Assembly (NCBI GenBank): GCA_002189035.1
Contig: NEEC01000013.1
Span: 372,001-436,000, forward strand
Length of the DNA: 64,000 nt
Direction: 5' to 3'
Source: Utricularia gibba
Lineage: Eukaryota > Plantae > Magnoliophyta
This document shows, piece by piece, positions 12,822 to 25,505 of this stretch. Under the pieces are notes generated by a model. That model saw nothing but the letters and a program-made list of their open reading frames with translations. It was not told the origin of the DNA and ran no database searches. Position numbers and translations under genes: made by a program. Each line of letters opens with the position of its first letter. The first letter of the stretch is position 1.

Positions 12822-13427
12822 ATTCTCCAACAAGATCAATAAAAAAACCCACTTCCCGGCGTGAGAATCAGCGCATTCAGGAAGTGGGTTTTTGTCTCGA
12901 TAGACAGTGTGTGTGTGGAAGAAGAGAATAAGGGACCTGTGGAGGGTGTGGGATGTGAAGCTGGAACTTGAATTTAGCAGACGGGAATGGACAGCCAGGC
13001 GACTTTGACGATTGAAAGTTTCGCTGATTACAATCATTTGTCGGCTAAAACTTAATCATCCATCCATCCAGTTACCCCAGTGTCGGTGTCGGTGCCCGTT
13101 TCCAAGGTTTACTGCATTTACGCCATCAACCTGACGAATCTCATCTTAATTCCCGATTAGATTTTTGATTAAACCGAATAACTAACCATAAATACAACTT
13201 CAGAAAAAAGATTAAACCGATTAAAAGAACTGTTGAACCGAATTCCGATTTGGGGTTTGATTTTCGCTTGTGCCGACGGGTAGAGGGGAGGGGGACCCGC
13301 CACCATGTGCGGTTTCAGCACCCCTCGCATGCATTCATTCCCCTGGGAGGAGGATGTTGGAAGGATTATTAAGCGTGTGTTAACCTGAACAAGGGTCAAA
13401 CAAAGAAAGCAGAAGAACCAGGAGTGA

Positions 13428-16400
13428 TGCAACTAATACACAGAAGGAAGACCTCTTCACCAATAGATTTCAATTTTCATTTACAAACAAAAAAAAAAAT
13501 CTCATATAAAGAACTAACTAGCAAACAATAGTTATTCCTTTTTCTGACTCTAAACTTACGACATCGCTTCATAGCTCCCATTAGTGACTTGAGATTATCA
13601 TTCAGCATCTTCCCCTAAACTCATGACTTTTATTTCATGTTTCTTAACTGTATGAAGATTCAAAACTTCAATGGTTTAGTACACATATCAACAACTTGAT
13701 CATATCCTTTAACAAAAGACAACCCACCTTTTCATTCACACTTTCTCATATATGATGAAACTTTGTCTAAATGTGTTTACTCCATTGGGATTTTTTTTTC
13801 TAGAGTCATAGTAAACTTGCTATGAATATGTACATTTTTTCATTGACTCTTGATATGTAAATCCCAAATTATCCAAAATGTATCTGATCTAAATTTCATG
13901 CTATTCACAATTGTTTTGTTGCATCATATTATTTTCATAAGTATAGAATGTAATAATAAATTATTTCTACAAACCCCAAACCACAACCCATTTTCCGAGA
14001 AGAAACACAAAGCTTGTTGTGCTTCATGAGCCATGTATATTTCTAACCCAATTGTTGTCACTAAAACCATGTAATTCGAGGTCTTCCGCACAACCATACC
14101 ATATTCCTAGATAATTGATAACTTTCAAATATTGTAGAATCTTTTTAGCTACTTTGAGATGGGTCTCCCTTTGTGTTTTCATAAATTTACTCATAATACC
14201 AACAACATAAAGTATGTTAGGTCTTGTGCTTATCACATACCTGAGGCTACCAACATAACTTTTATAAAGAATTACATTCACTCTATCGGTGGGATCCTCA
14301 TTTAATAGTAGCCTAGTCTCCAATGGAGCATTGATAAAATTACATTGATTCATGTTGAATCTATTAAGAATACTTACAATGCACCATTTTCTGACTTATG
14401 AAAATCTCATTCTTCATAGATGCATCAAACCTGTATTAATCTCAAATACTTGTTTCAACTCCTCTTGGAATTTCATTACATCACTTTTCACTACCAATTA
14501 TTATAAAATCATCAATATATAGGAAAACAACAAGCACATCTGTTTTCTTAGCATTTGAACATAAACAGAGAGCATTCATCAGGGCAACGATTGAAGAGTT
14601 TCTTAGGAAAAGAGGAATTGGTTTGAAACCATCCATAACTCAATATAATTTCCAAATCTTATTTTTCAAAACCCTTCTTCACAAACCTGGTGATTGTAAA
14701 GTTTTTTTTCTAAAAACAAAAAAACCATTCAATCATGATGCTTTGACATCAAGTTGCCAAATCCTCCATTTTCTAATGTGCTGCTAAGATCATTATTCAA
14801 ATTGTTTCCATTCTTGCTAAGGGAGCAAAGACCATCAAAATCTGTCTTTTCCTTTCATTATAGCCCTTTGCAACAAGTCTTGCACTCACTCTTTTCAATA
14901 TTTCCATTATTCTTTCACTTGGCTTTGAAGATGCATTTCATGGCTTAAAGGGCTTTCAATCAAAGTCTAAGTATCATTTTTTACAATGGATTTGATTTTG
15001 TCAATCAAGACTGCCTTCTATCTCAAGTTTACTCACTACCTCATCAAATCTTAAAGACTATTTCTACAATTAAGCATAAATGTGGAATGTGATGCACTTC
15101 TTTTTATAATTCATCAATTATACTTGTTGTAGAGATTCTGGAAAATAAAAAACATAGTCATTAAAATATCTTGATTGTTATCTTTTTCAATTTCTCCTAA
15201 TACGTGATTGAAAAATGGGCTCCAAGTTATTTTGCTGCTGCTAATCATGGACATGCAAAAGTATGTAGGGATTCATGACTATCTTTAGTTTTTTATCAAA
15301 CAATTAGTATCTAGATACGTGTAGTTTTGTATTTCATTTGAAGGAGAACAATGCCAATTTGATGCTTCATCAAAAATGATATCATAGTTGGTAATAACTT
15401 TTTTACTTATTGTCAACAGCCATATAAACTTCTGAATTTTAATCTTATACTAAGAAAACTATTTTCTTTACCTTTTCATAAAATTTCTATCTAAGTTCAT
15501 CATCAATATGAACGTAACATATAGAGCCAATAATTTGTAAATGTGAAACACTAGATTTCACTCAACTCCATGCATCTTGTAGTATAATTTCTCTCAAACT
15601 TCTTAAAATGTATTTATTCATCATATACATGGCATGAACAATAGGATCATCCCATAATTTCTAAAGTGCCACTTTTGTATAGAGTATGTTTCAAATCCCA
15701 TTCAGTATGATTTGATTCCCATCTTTCCATTAAGCCATTATGTTACGTGTTCTTATGATTCAAGGGTTTACTAATACTCATCTCATTACAAAAGTCATCA
15801 ACTTATTTAGTGTAAACTCACCATATCTACCAGTTTCTAAAATCCTAAACTTCATTCCACTTTACATTCTACTATACCCTGAAATTGCAAGAAGATTTCA
15901 ATGACTATATATTTCTCTTACATGAGATAAATCCAAATTTTTTGTTAAGTAATTAGTGACAAATAGTAAAAATAATTATTTACTTGAATGATGCTTGATT
16001 TGATTGAGCCACCAGTGTCTCCATGTATCAATTCCAAAGATTGTTTTGCTCTAAAAATGCAAATATTTGGAAAAGATATACTTGTTTGCTTTATATGATT
16101 ACATCTCATACAATTTATTAGGATAATAAATATTCAAGTCTCTTTGATCTCTTCCTTATTGTTAAGAAATGATAAATCACCATAATTCAAATCTCTGAAC
16201 CTGATATGTCAAATCCATGATTCTTGTCTACAACATGTTTTCAACAAAAATTCAGTTTTTTTTTGTCATTGTGACTTTGAATATTAACAACTTGTTTTCA
16301 TCTAATAGCACCAAACCTTTGTTCTCCAAGTGCATTTGAAATACTTTTCTTAGAAATTCTTAGTTCCAAACTTATATTTTTCAAGTGCATTTGAAATCCT

Positions 16401-17330
16401 TTTCCAAGATATTGTTTAGACATTTGATATTTGTATATCCAAAATGATTTTGCAAGTCCTATTATTCATTTGATATAAGGTAACTCCATACATCTTATCT
16501 ATGTAATAAAGCAAGCTTTGATTTTCAGTAATATGGATATTTGTTCTAGATTCCATATACTCAATGTTTGTTTCATTAAATTGTGGATCTCTTATGTTTT
16601 CCATTAACTACAACAATATATTCTCAATGGATGATGGTGTTTCTTGCACAAGGTTAATTTCATCTTCTTTCAAATTTTTTTATTCTCATGGGTAATGTTT
16701 CTTTTGATGACAATTATAGCTATTCACGTTCAATTTATCATCACATTTGAAGTGTTGGTTTCATTATTTCTTATCTACCTCACCAATTTCATGTTGTCCT
16801 TCCACATCAAGTAGTGGCATTTTTTGCGTTATAAATGGTATTATTACTATTCCACCATCCTCAAGAATTATGTTCCCTTAAAAAAATTTTGAGGAAGTTT
16901 ATAAACATCAAAGGTCTTGACTTATTGTTATTGTGCAACTAGTGCATTATTTTTCTTCAATCATCCCTCATAGTCTTAAAAAGATCCATCTATTAGAATA
17001 ATGGATGTCAAGCATACTAATAGAAGTTCCTAGATATGTTGATATGCTTGAACTACATGCAAAACATGGATACACTATGTTAGTTTATGATCAATCAATT
17101 CTGATTAACTTCATCAGACCTACATTGAATTCTGAAATTTCTTTGGAGCAACACTCCACATAAGGAGAGAAAATGAAGATGGCATTTTGGTCCATTGCTT
17201 ATTGGATGTGTAAAAAAAAGGATGGTCTCTAAAACCATCAATGAACAAATTAGATGAAGTTTCATTGCAAAGATCCATACCAAAAGAGCCCAAGGTGGGT
17301 ATAATGGTAACTTACAATAAGTGATGGGCA
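13428..17330 (-). mobile_element. Highly degenerate Ty1/copia element (gag, pol remnants, PPT, probable short 3' LTR about 13428-13608)
   Basis: ORF 14024-14353 is copia RT end (YKSYVGSLRYVISTRPNI...KKILQYLK...LHGFSDNNW); ORF 17095-17331 resembles a gag N-terminus; minus-strand TTAGGGGAAGA followed by TG near 13608-13618. Related to the element at 31560-33136 (shared ATCAAAGGTCTTGACTT). Confidence 0.75.
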
Positions 17331-18182
17331 TTTACAATTTAATAGCTATAACAAACAATCTTTAAATATGAGATAAAAATATATTATATCAATATTTTTT
17401 TAATGTAAAACTACTAGTTTATTGCTTCAAAACATTGAGATTTAGGCTCCAAGTTTGTAAGCTGCAAATGTCTATCATGATGACAGTTGTGGAATATTGA
17501 GAAAATACAAGAAAACTCTCAAGTACTAGTTTTTTGGTGCACCTTCATCACAATCTTCCATAGCATTTGCAAGTTATTTCATCCCACCTCCTATTTTTAA
17601 TGCAAAAAGAGATTATGATGCATGGACTAAAAAGATGTCAGCCCATCCATATAGTCTAGATCTTTGGGACCTATTTGAAGAAGATATAGCATAGTCAAGA
17701 GAAAAAAAATTCACCTCCAAATCCAAAGAATGCTACTAAACAAAAGCAAAACAAGAAAAGGAAGAATGTCATGCATGCACTCACCTTGGCTATTAACAAT
17801 GAGGCCTACAATCTTATTCTAGGTTGTATATCACCTAAGAAGGCATGGAACATTATGGAAAAAAACAATGCCATGAATGCTGAAAAAAAAATAAAATAAA
17901 ATATTCTTAATAATCATATGCTGAAACCAGATCAATAACATACTCTTGATAATCTTGTGTAGAAACTAGGTCAATTTATAAATGATCTAACAATCTTTTT
18001 GAATATAGTTGTAAGACAACTCAAGAAACTTAGACAAATAATGAACGATGAGCATATTAAGGACAAGGTCCTTGAGTGTGTAGGGAAAGGATATCGGGCA
18101 TGCATTGGAACATTACCTGTAATTGGGTTACTCACTACATACTATAATGACATGCGACTTGCACCCTAGATGCTAAGGCCAT

Positions 18183-21100
18183 TGATGACACCCAAACACT
18201 ACACAAGGGTGTCCCAATCATAGTGGGATGGGCTAGGAACATAAGTATAGGTGCATCTTTCCCTTGCCATACCACTGCTCTTGGCACCTAGCGATCCTTG
18301 ATGGCACCCCTCGTCATATCCTCTCGCCATGAGTCACCAAACACTGCATAAAATACACAATAAAAAGTCTTATTAAGCACCAATAGTCAGGGTTTCAGAC
18401 ATATTAGGAAATAGTAAGGGAAGTTAGTTCTATCGCACGTGGCTCCCTTCCTAGAACTCAACTACACATATCCACATAAGACTCCCTTCCATATACATTC
18501 TCGTCACTATCCCCTATATGCTACCTCCACAAGGTAGCTCCCTAACATTTTGTATCAACACGCTATCCTACTAATGCATATCCGCTTCCCTCTTGTTCAA
18601 CATATGTACCTATCCATAGAAGAGATCTGAATGGTATTCACATCGCACGCCAGCATCTCTCCTATAGAGCTTACATGCTCCACATTGCCACCATTATTTA
18701 GTTAGATGGCCCTTCTTATTGCTCATATGAGGAAACATAGCAAGGCTTGGCCGAAAATTATCATAAGTAGGTACAACCTAAGCAATTTACAACATACATC
18801 ACAAGGGAAGACTCTTCCCATTACAAGCATCAAAACGCCCAATCACCTAGCAATCATTGGGGAGGCACTCCCCACACATATTTATGCCAAAAACATAACA
18901 CAATCTTAGAAAACTAAGGAAGGCACTTCCTGCGTCACTAGCGCTACAAGTGCTTGCTCAAAACATGACTCTTAGCCACCTTGAGTCTCGGCTATCCCAT
19001 CGACACACCCTCCTCGACCACTCTAGCGGTAGACCCGGTGTCTAGACCTACACCCGAGAACATGTAAGGCGTTAGTTCATGGTAGGAGGAACATCATTCC
19101 TCATCTCAACCCCCATCTCAATCGTCACTCGGTATCCCCTGCCCGAAGGCTCATGGCTTCCACCCCGTGGCTCATCCGCATTGCCGGTAGACCGGGTTCC
19201 TGACCGTTGGAAAGGCCCACGTCGCCCTTGCTCGCACGATCTCAGGCATCCACGACCTCGGATGGACCTGTATTGCCGCTGGTGTTCGGTCTTCACTGGC
19301 CCCGCCCGAAGGCTCCATCAGCTTGCCTGAACCAACGTTCAAGGTTAAGCCCATTACCTTCGCGCACCTTTGGTGGCTCTCGTGCACTTCTCGTCTGATT
19401 TCTTCCGGTTCGTGCCATCGTACCTCTTAGGTCGCGAGTGATCTTCTCTCTTAGACGTGTAGTTGAGCCCTAATTTCATCCCCAATTCTATTTAGCAAGT
19501 TAATTCCTGAGGCGGGTCGCGGGTGAAGATTGTCCCCTACCTGCGTCTCTGCCTGTGTCCCTGCCCAGCTACCCGACTCCCTTCCCCTTCCCCCTCCCTT
19601 ACCACATGCCTCTCGTGCGGTGGTGGTGAATGGTGCTAAGTCCACCGATTTCTTCCCATGCCGTGGTTACCATATTGCATAGCAGTACCTCTCACATCCC
19701 TCATGTCATGGTGGACACATGTCAGCTCATAGCAAGGGTCACTAAGACTCCCTCACACACTATTCTTCAAGATGTTGTTGCTGCATTTGTATTTTTGTCT
19801 CCCACGTGACATCTTCTATTCCTAGGTTCGCCCATTGTATCTTTAGCCAGGTAATTGGCCTTCCTCGCTTCGTAGTGATCTTTCTCTTCAAAATTCTCAG
19901 CGGCCTCACCCTGTATGTGAGGTTGTCCCCTACATTGAACTCATCATTCCTAATTTCTCTTTCCGGATTTGGGATTTGTTTCCGCAGTTGAGAGACATGA
20001 CCATCCGTCTGCGGATGCATTGTGATGCTCATAGTCAATTTGCTCCATCGCCTTCTGTAGTGCTTGCCACATGCGAGACATGAATCTAACATCTCTATCC
20101 GACACTATGCTCACGGGTACTCCGTGTAGTCTCACTACTTCTGCAATGTACACTCAGGCCAGCCTCGCAATGCTCCATTTCGAGAGGATCGGGATGAAAG
20201 GGGCACTCTTCGTTAGCCTGTCCACTACTACCCAAACAACGTCGTGTCCAGATCTCATCCTTGGCAAGCCTATCACGAAGTTCATTGCTATTTGTTCCCA
20301 TTTCCACTCTGGTATCTCCAATGGTTGCAAGAGTCCATTGGGTCATTAGTGTTCTGCTTTGATCCGTTGACATACCTGGCAGCAACTCACAAATTCTACA
20401 ATTTCTCTTTTCATTCTTGGGCACCAGTACGTACTTCGAATTTCTCTATACATCTATGTTCCCCCAGGGTGCATCCTATACCCTGCTTCATAAGCTTCTC
20501 GCAATATTAGCCTTCGTAATTCTTCTTCTGGTACCCATATCCTTCCATGTGCAATGATCAGACCGTCTGCTTGTTTCAAAAAAGGGTCCTATCCGATGCA
20601 TGCCTTATCATAGATGTGGTGCTCCTTAGTGGCCTCTTACGATCGTAAAATTCTCTCAAGTAGGTCGGGATCCATTTGGACTATCATTTGAATTTGTCCT
20701 CTCCCCACTACTTCCAGTCTCATTCTCTCTATATCTATTTGTATCTGGTCCTCTCTCAGGCTCCTGCTGAGGCCGTTTGCCACTATGTTCGCCTTGTTGG
20801 GGTGATAGTTTACCCCTAGATCATAGTCCTTCAATAGCTCAAACCACCTACGTTGTCTCATGTTCAACTCCTTCTATGTGAACAAGTACTTCAATTTGAT
20901 GATCTGTGGATATTTTGCACCGTACACCGTACAAGTAATGTCGCCATATCTTCAACGCAAAAATCACCGCCGCCATCTCAAGGTCATGGACCAGGTAGTT
21001 TCTCTCGTGGTCTTTTCAGTTGGCTTGATGCATAGGCAATTACCCATCCTTCCTGTATCAATACGGCCCCTAGCCCTTTCCCACTAGCATCGGTGTACAC

Positions 21101-23320
21101 TTCATAGTTTTTTCCAGCCTGTGGTAGTGCCGAGACTGGTGTTAAGTGTCATTTTCTAGTTAATTATTATGTGTTAATTATGTATGAAGTCGCCCAAATT
21201 AGGAGTCTTATTATTAAGTATTTGATTTTTACTAGAAAATTCCTATTTTCCCATTTTGTGTATATTTTATGTCTTTTTTCTTATACTTTGACCGAGACAT
21301 GTCAGGAGATTGTCATAGAGTATTGCAGGTGGTCAGACTCTGAGTTTTCGTGCCATGTACATGAGTTGGAATGATTGTGGGCGGAAGACTGACACTGGTC
21401 AAGGCCCATGACTTACAGCATGTCAGAGTCTGCAGCAATGATTGGGCGCAAACTTGCACGCAAAGAAAGGCTAGTGGCACACACAAGACAAAAGGAATGA
21501 TGGGAAGGGGACCCAAAGGAGATAATGCACGTGGGAAGTCATATAAAAGCCATTTGGAGCACTTAGTTTCGGACTTTTGCCATTTTCCTTTGTAGACTTA
21601 GACTTTTGAGTTCTTCCTCCCCTCCAAGGAGGAAGAACACTTAGTTTCTTTTCGTTTCTGTTTCCATGGCTCTTTCGGGCTAAAAAACTTTAGTTTCTGG
21701 GAAGTAGATGAAGTTTCATTTCAAGTCTTGAGCAATACACTTAGTTCTTCACTGAATTCAATTCGTATTCCGCATACTTCCACGCATCTTGTTGCAGTCT
21801 TTCTGTAACGACTCTTAATCAACGTCCATGAGTAGCAGGCCACTTCTCGCGGATTTTGGTGAAGATCAAGGTGAAGAGCACCAACTCCAACCCTGCTGGT
21901 TCGAGGGAAGTAGAAGATTAGTTGTGGCCTAGGTACCGCGACAGTGGACAGGTTGTGACCTCGGACCTGCCACTGGCCATTGGCAGCAGCTGGGCACACG
22001 CGCACAATTCGGTTTTGAAGGCAATCGAAGGCAATCCTCTTGTCTTCCTAATCGTCCAAGGGGGAATCACATGAGACTATTCTTGTGCCTCCTTGTCAAT
22101 CAGAGTGTAAGGGAGAGTAGGCTATTCCTTGCTACTATAACCAGGTATTCGGAAGAAATCAATGAAAACCGAGGCAAGGACGGACAAAGGAAGGAGATAG
22201 AATCTTTTTTCCAGGAACTGCGTACCGTAGTCAAGGCCCATTACTTAAGTTGTATCTTTCATTTCTGCATCTTAAAAACCCCTTTTACAAAACTGTGACA
22301 TTTTGTAGAAGTTGCTTACAAAACACTTTTCACGAAAAACAACTTCTTGAGATCAATACTCGTACTACGCTTGTTGGTGTTTTACGTTTTAAATATTTAA
22401 AATTTGTTGAGGAAACGACATGCAACAATTGGTGCTTGCGCTAAGGCCCCCTTTAGCCGACCAAAGCTGCCTTGGCACTCCTCTATCCATTCGAATGCTC
22501 GATTCTTCTTCAATAGCTCCACTAGGGGTCGTGCCTTCTCCAAGAAGGTCTTAATGATCTACGATAGTATCCCGAACCATTCCCAAAAAGCTGCTCAGCT
22601 CACCCACGTTCTTAAGTGTTGCCCATGCTGTGATGGTCTGTACCTTCTTCGGGTCTACTGCCACCCCCTCTCCACTGATAATGTGACCGAGAAAACTGAT
22701 GTTCCTCAAGAAACATTTGCACTTGGTTGTCTTTGCATACAACTGCTTCTCCCGCAACCTTGTTAGAACCATGCATAGGTGCTTCCGATGGCTGTCTCAA
22801 TCTGATGAGTAGATCAAAATATCATCAATAAAGACCACTACGAAGTCGCCAAGGAAGGGTTGGAACACCCGGTTGCCATTAGTGGTGCACTCCCCAATCT
22901 TGCACATAGCTCAAAGTGCCTTGATCACACAACGAGGTCTTAAGGATCAAGGTACCACATCTCTCACGCATGAGGGTTAGCTTCCACCAAAACATGTCTC
23001 GAATGACAAATCTAACATAAAGCCCTTAGCTTTACTCGAAGTTCCTCCTTTTCTTGCACCAATCCTCTTCTTTTATCCCTTGGGCATGTGCTCTCTTTCT
23101 TCCAAAGCCTAAGACCTGTTCAAGGGTTTTCTCCCACTACTTATAGATCTAGTTATACCTAACGAGCTCCTTTTAATCCCAATGGACCTAGCCTGACACC
23201 TACTTGGCCCATGACTTAGCTTAGCACACACAGCCTTAAGTACATGTTAGGCTATGTCACCCACCACCTCGTGTCTCCATCCCAATCACTCTATCGTGGG
23301 CCACAACCAGAGAATTACAA
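18183..23320 (-). mobile_element. Ty3/gypsy chromovirus (Tekay/Del-like) remnant with RT, RNase H, integrase and chromodomain; gag/protease apparently deleted
   Basis: RVFQPFLGDFVVVFIDDILIYS (about 22820-22880); SFLGHIISGEGVAVDPKKV (ORF 22551-22772); EVYTDASGKGLGAVLIQEG...AYAS and [14 protein letters not shown] (RNase H); GLLQPLEIPEWKWEQIAMNFVIGLP (integrase); RPLRILKRK...LKIQWANLGIEDVTWE (chromodomain, ORF 19760-20092). Outer boundaries approximate. Confidence 0.88.
21140..22427 (+). mobile_element. Solo LTR (family A) inserted in the chromovirus RT/RNase H junction
   Basis: Starts TGTTAAG, ends GCAACA, flanked by ACTGG/ATTGG (4 of 5 match). Removing it restores the host reading frame LAQAPVSALP. 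Confidence 0.85.
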
Positions 23321-24150
23321 CATACAATTATGAAAAACTGTTAGATGCACTCTACAATTATGAGTGAACATAGAAAGCTTAGGAGGCACAAGATGAGACC
23401 GAGTAAATGTTCGAAGCAAAAATACAAAAGAAAATCGAGAAGAAAAGAAGCTATCTCGAGTGTCGATATTGGAAGCAAAGAAATGATTCTGTCTTCAATT
23501 GCTTCTACTACCTTGACAAAGTCTGCAACTACTAAAAAGAAAAAGGTCACATTGAGAAGGTGTGCAAGAAAAGATATAAAGAGAAATTTATATGAAAGGG
23601 AAAGGATAAAAATGAAACAAAGATCAATACTATGAGCACTCTATCCTTCATTATAGAATATAAGGAAATAATTGAGATTTACTCGCTGAAAATCCACAAC
23701 CAATAACCTTACAAATAAAGGGACTTGACTTATAGATAGCGGATGCAACAATCATATAACAAGAGAATTCAATATCTTTACAAATTGTAGATTGACCGAA
23801 AAAACAATTGAAGTGCCAGATGGGAGATCCATAAGGGTATATGGAGGTGGAATCATATTATTTGAAATAATCAATTATATTCTACAGATACAAGAAGTGT
23901 CTATGTACCGAAGGCATCCCACAACCTTCTAAGTGTGGGGCAATTGATGCTTAAGGGTCCTGATATTCTTTTCAAGGGATGGTTCTATAACATTTTTTGA
24001 CGTAAGGAAAACTCCTACTCAAAATCAAAATGGAAAGTAGGATCTTCCTATTACTTTTGTAATGAAATACTACTCTTGCTAATACCTATCTTGCAGTGAT
24101 GTGCATTGTCTCACAATAAATTTTAAGAAGATTTAAAACGTAAAACACAC

Positions 24151-25505
24151 TGTTAAGTGTCATTTTTTTACTATTTCTTAAGTTGTTTTTATGCTTAATT
24201 GTAATTAGAAATATCCAATTAGGAGTCTATAATATGAGATTTAGGATTTTATCTAGTTTAGGGTAATTATCCTAAATCTTGTATTTTATCTAATAATTTT
24301 GTTAGTTTTAATTGAGTTTTTCTAGAAGCACACACGTGGCAGGAAGTGAGAGAAAGAGTGGATCAGATGGCGACAAATTGGATCTTCCCGAGCTGACATT
24401 TTCTTGATTTCCAGAAGACTGCAGACGCCTAATCATGAGTCTTGACGTGCGGAACACGGGAGTCTTTGACAGGCGAAATCATTAGCGTATCAGTGTCAAA
24501 GCAGAAGTTTGCTTGCAAGTCATCCCAAGTTCAATAGAACCAAGGGGACACGAAATCTCAAACTCTCATTGAAGTTCAGTTCTGTTCAGACGTTAGACAG
24601 GCAGTAGTTAGTTTAGTTTTCTATTGTGTGTTTCTTTCTCTAGAGGATTTTCCTCTAACTTCTCTATAGGACTTGTTTCGTTTCCCTTAGTTTGTATAGC
24701 AGTTCGCGGCTAGAAACTTCCGTTTCTGGGTTGGAAAACCCCCAGATCTATGTTTCATTAGCTTATCTTCATCTCTTCTTTGAATCCAAACGGGTTTCGA
24801 ATGTCCTCGCGTGACTATGTTGCTGTCTTTTTGTAACAGTCCCCTTATTCAAGATTCATGGTTAACTGATCACTACCCATGAGTTTTGGAGATGAGCAAG
24901 GTGAAAAGCAACAACTCACGCCCTTTTGGCAGGAGGAAGACTACGTTTTGTCTATAGCCGTACCTCAAGATCAAGGGATAGGTAGTGATTTCGTATCTGG
25001 ACTCATTGGGTCATTGGCAACACTCGGGCACATACGCGCAATTCGGCCATGAGGGTACGTTGACAGGACCTCTTATTCTCACGTTCGTCCAAGGAAGAGC
25101 AACATCGGGGCTATTCCCGTGCCTTCTTGCAAGAGAGTGTAAGGGAGGGTAGGCAATTCCTTACTCCTATAACCGAGTACTCGAAAAGACCAGAGAAGAG
25201 TGAAGACGCAACGAACATAGCTAGACAGGATTCTAAACCCAGGAACATTTACTTTATTTAAGGTTCATTGCTTACGTTTATTTCAGTTGTCTGTTCAAAA
25301 CCCCTCTTATCCCTTTACTCAAGCTTCATCATCAACGTTTCTTGCACCTTTTACTTTCAAAACCGTTTACAAATCGTGACAGTTGTATTTGGGGTACCTC
25401 ACCTTTTACTCAAAAACAACTCTTTGTAGTCGACACTCGTACTACGATTTTGTGTTTTACGAGTTTTAAAAGCATTAAAATTTGTTGTGGAAACGACACG
25501 CATCA
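24151..25505 (+). mobile_element. Solo LTR (family A) with perfect 5-bp TSD CACAC
   Basis: Starts TGTTAAGTGTCATTTT like 21140, ends GGAAACGACACGCATCA like 22427; CACAC at 24146-24150 and 25506-25510. Confidence 0.9.

Noticed and set aside
12822-13037. 72-aa N-terminal extension of KOR1 suggested by ORF 12435-13037
   Set aside because: Begins at a non-ATG codon and reads through pyrimidine-rich 5' UTR; the conserved family start is MYGRDPWGG at 12821.
19072-19645. GC-rich short ORFs on both strands as a novel gene
   Set aside because: They lie in the 3' non-coding/LTR region of the chromovirus remnant; no splice structure or protein motif.
22428-22440. ATTGGTGC after the LTR as a primer-binding site, making 21140-25505 a full element
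   Set aside because: ATTGG is the right-hand TSD, and the following DNA is the host chromovirus RT on the opposite strand.
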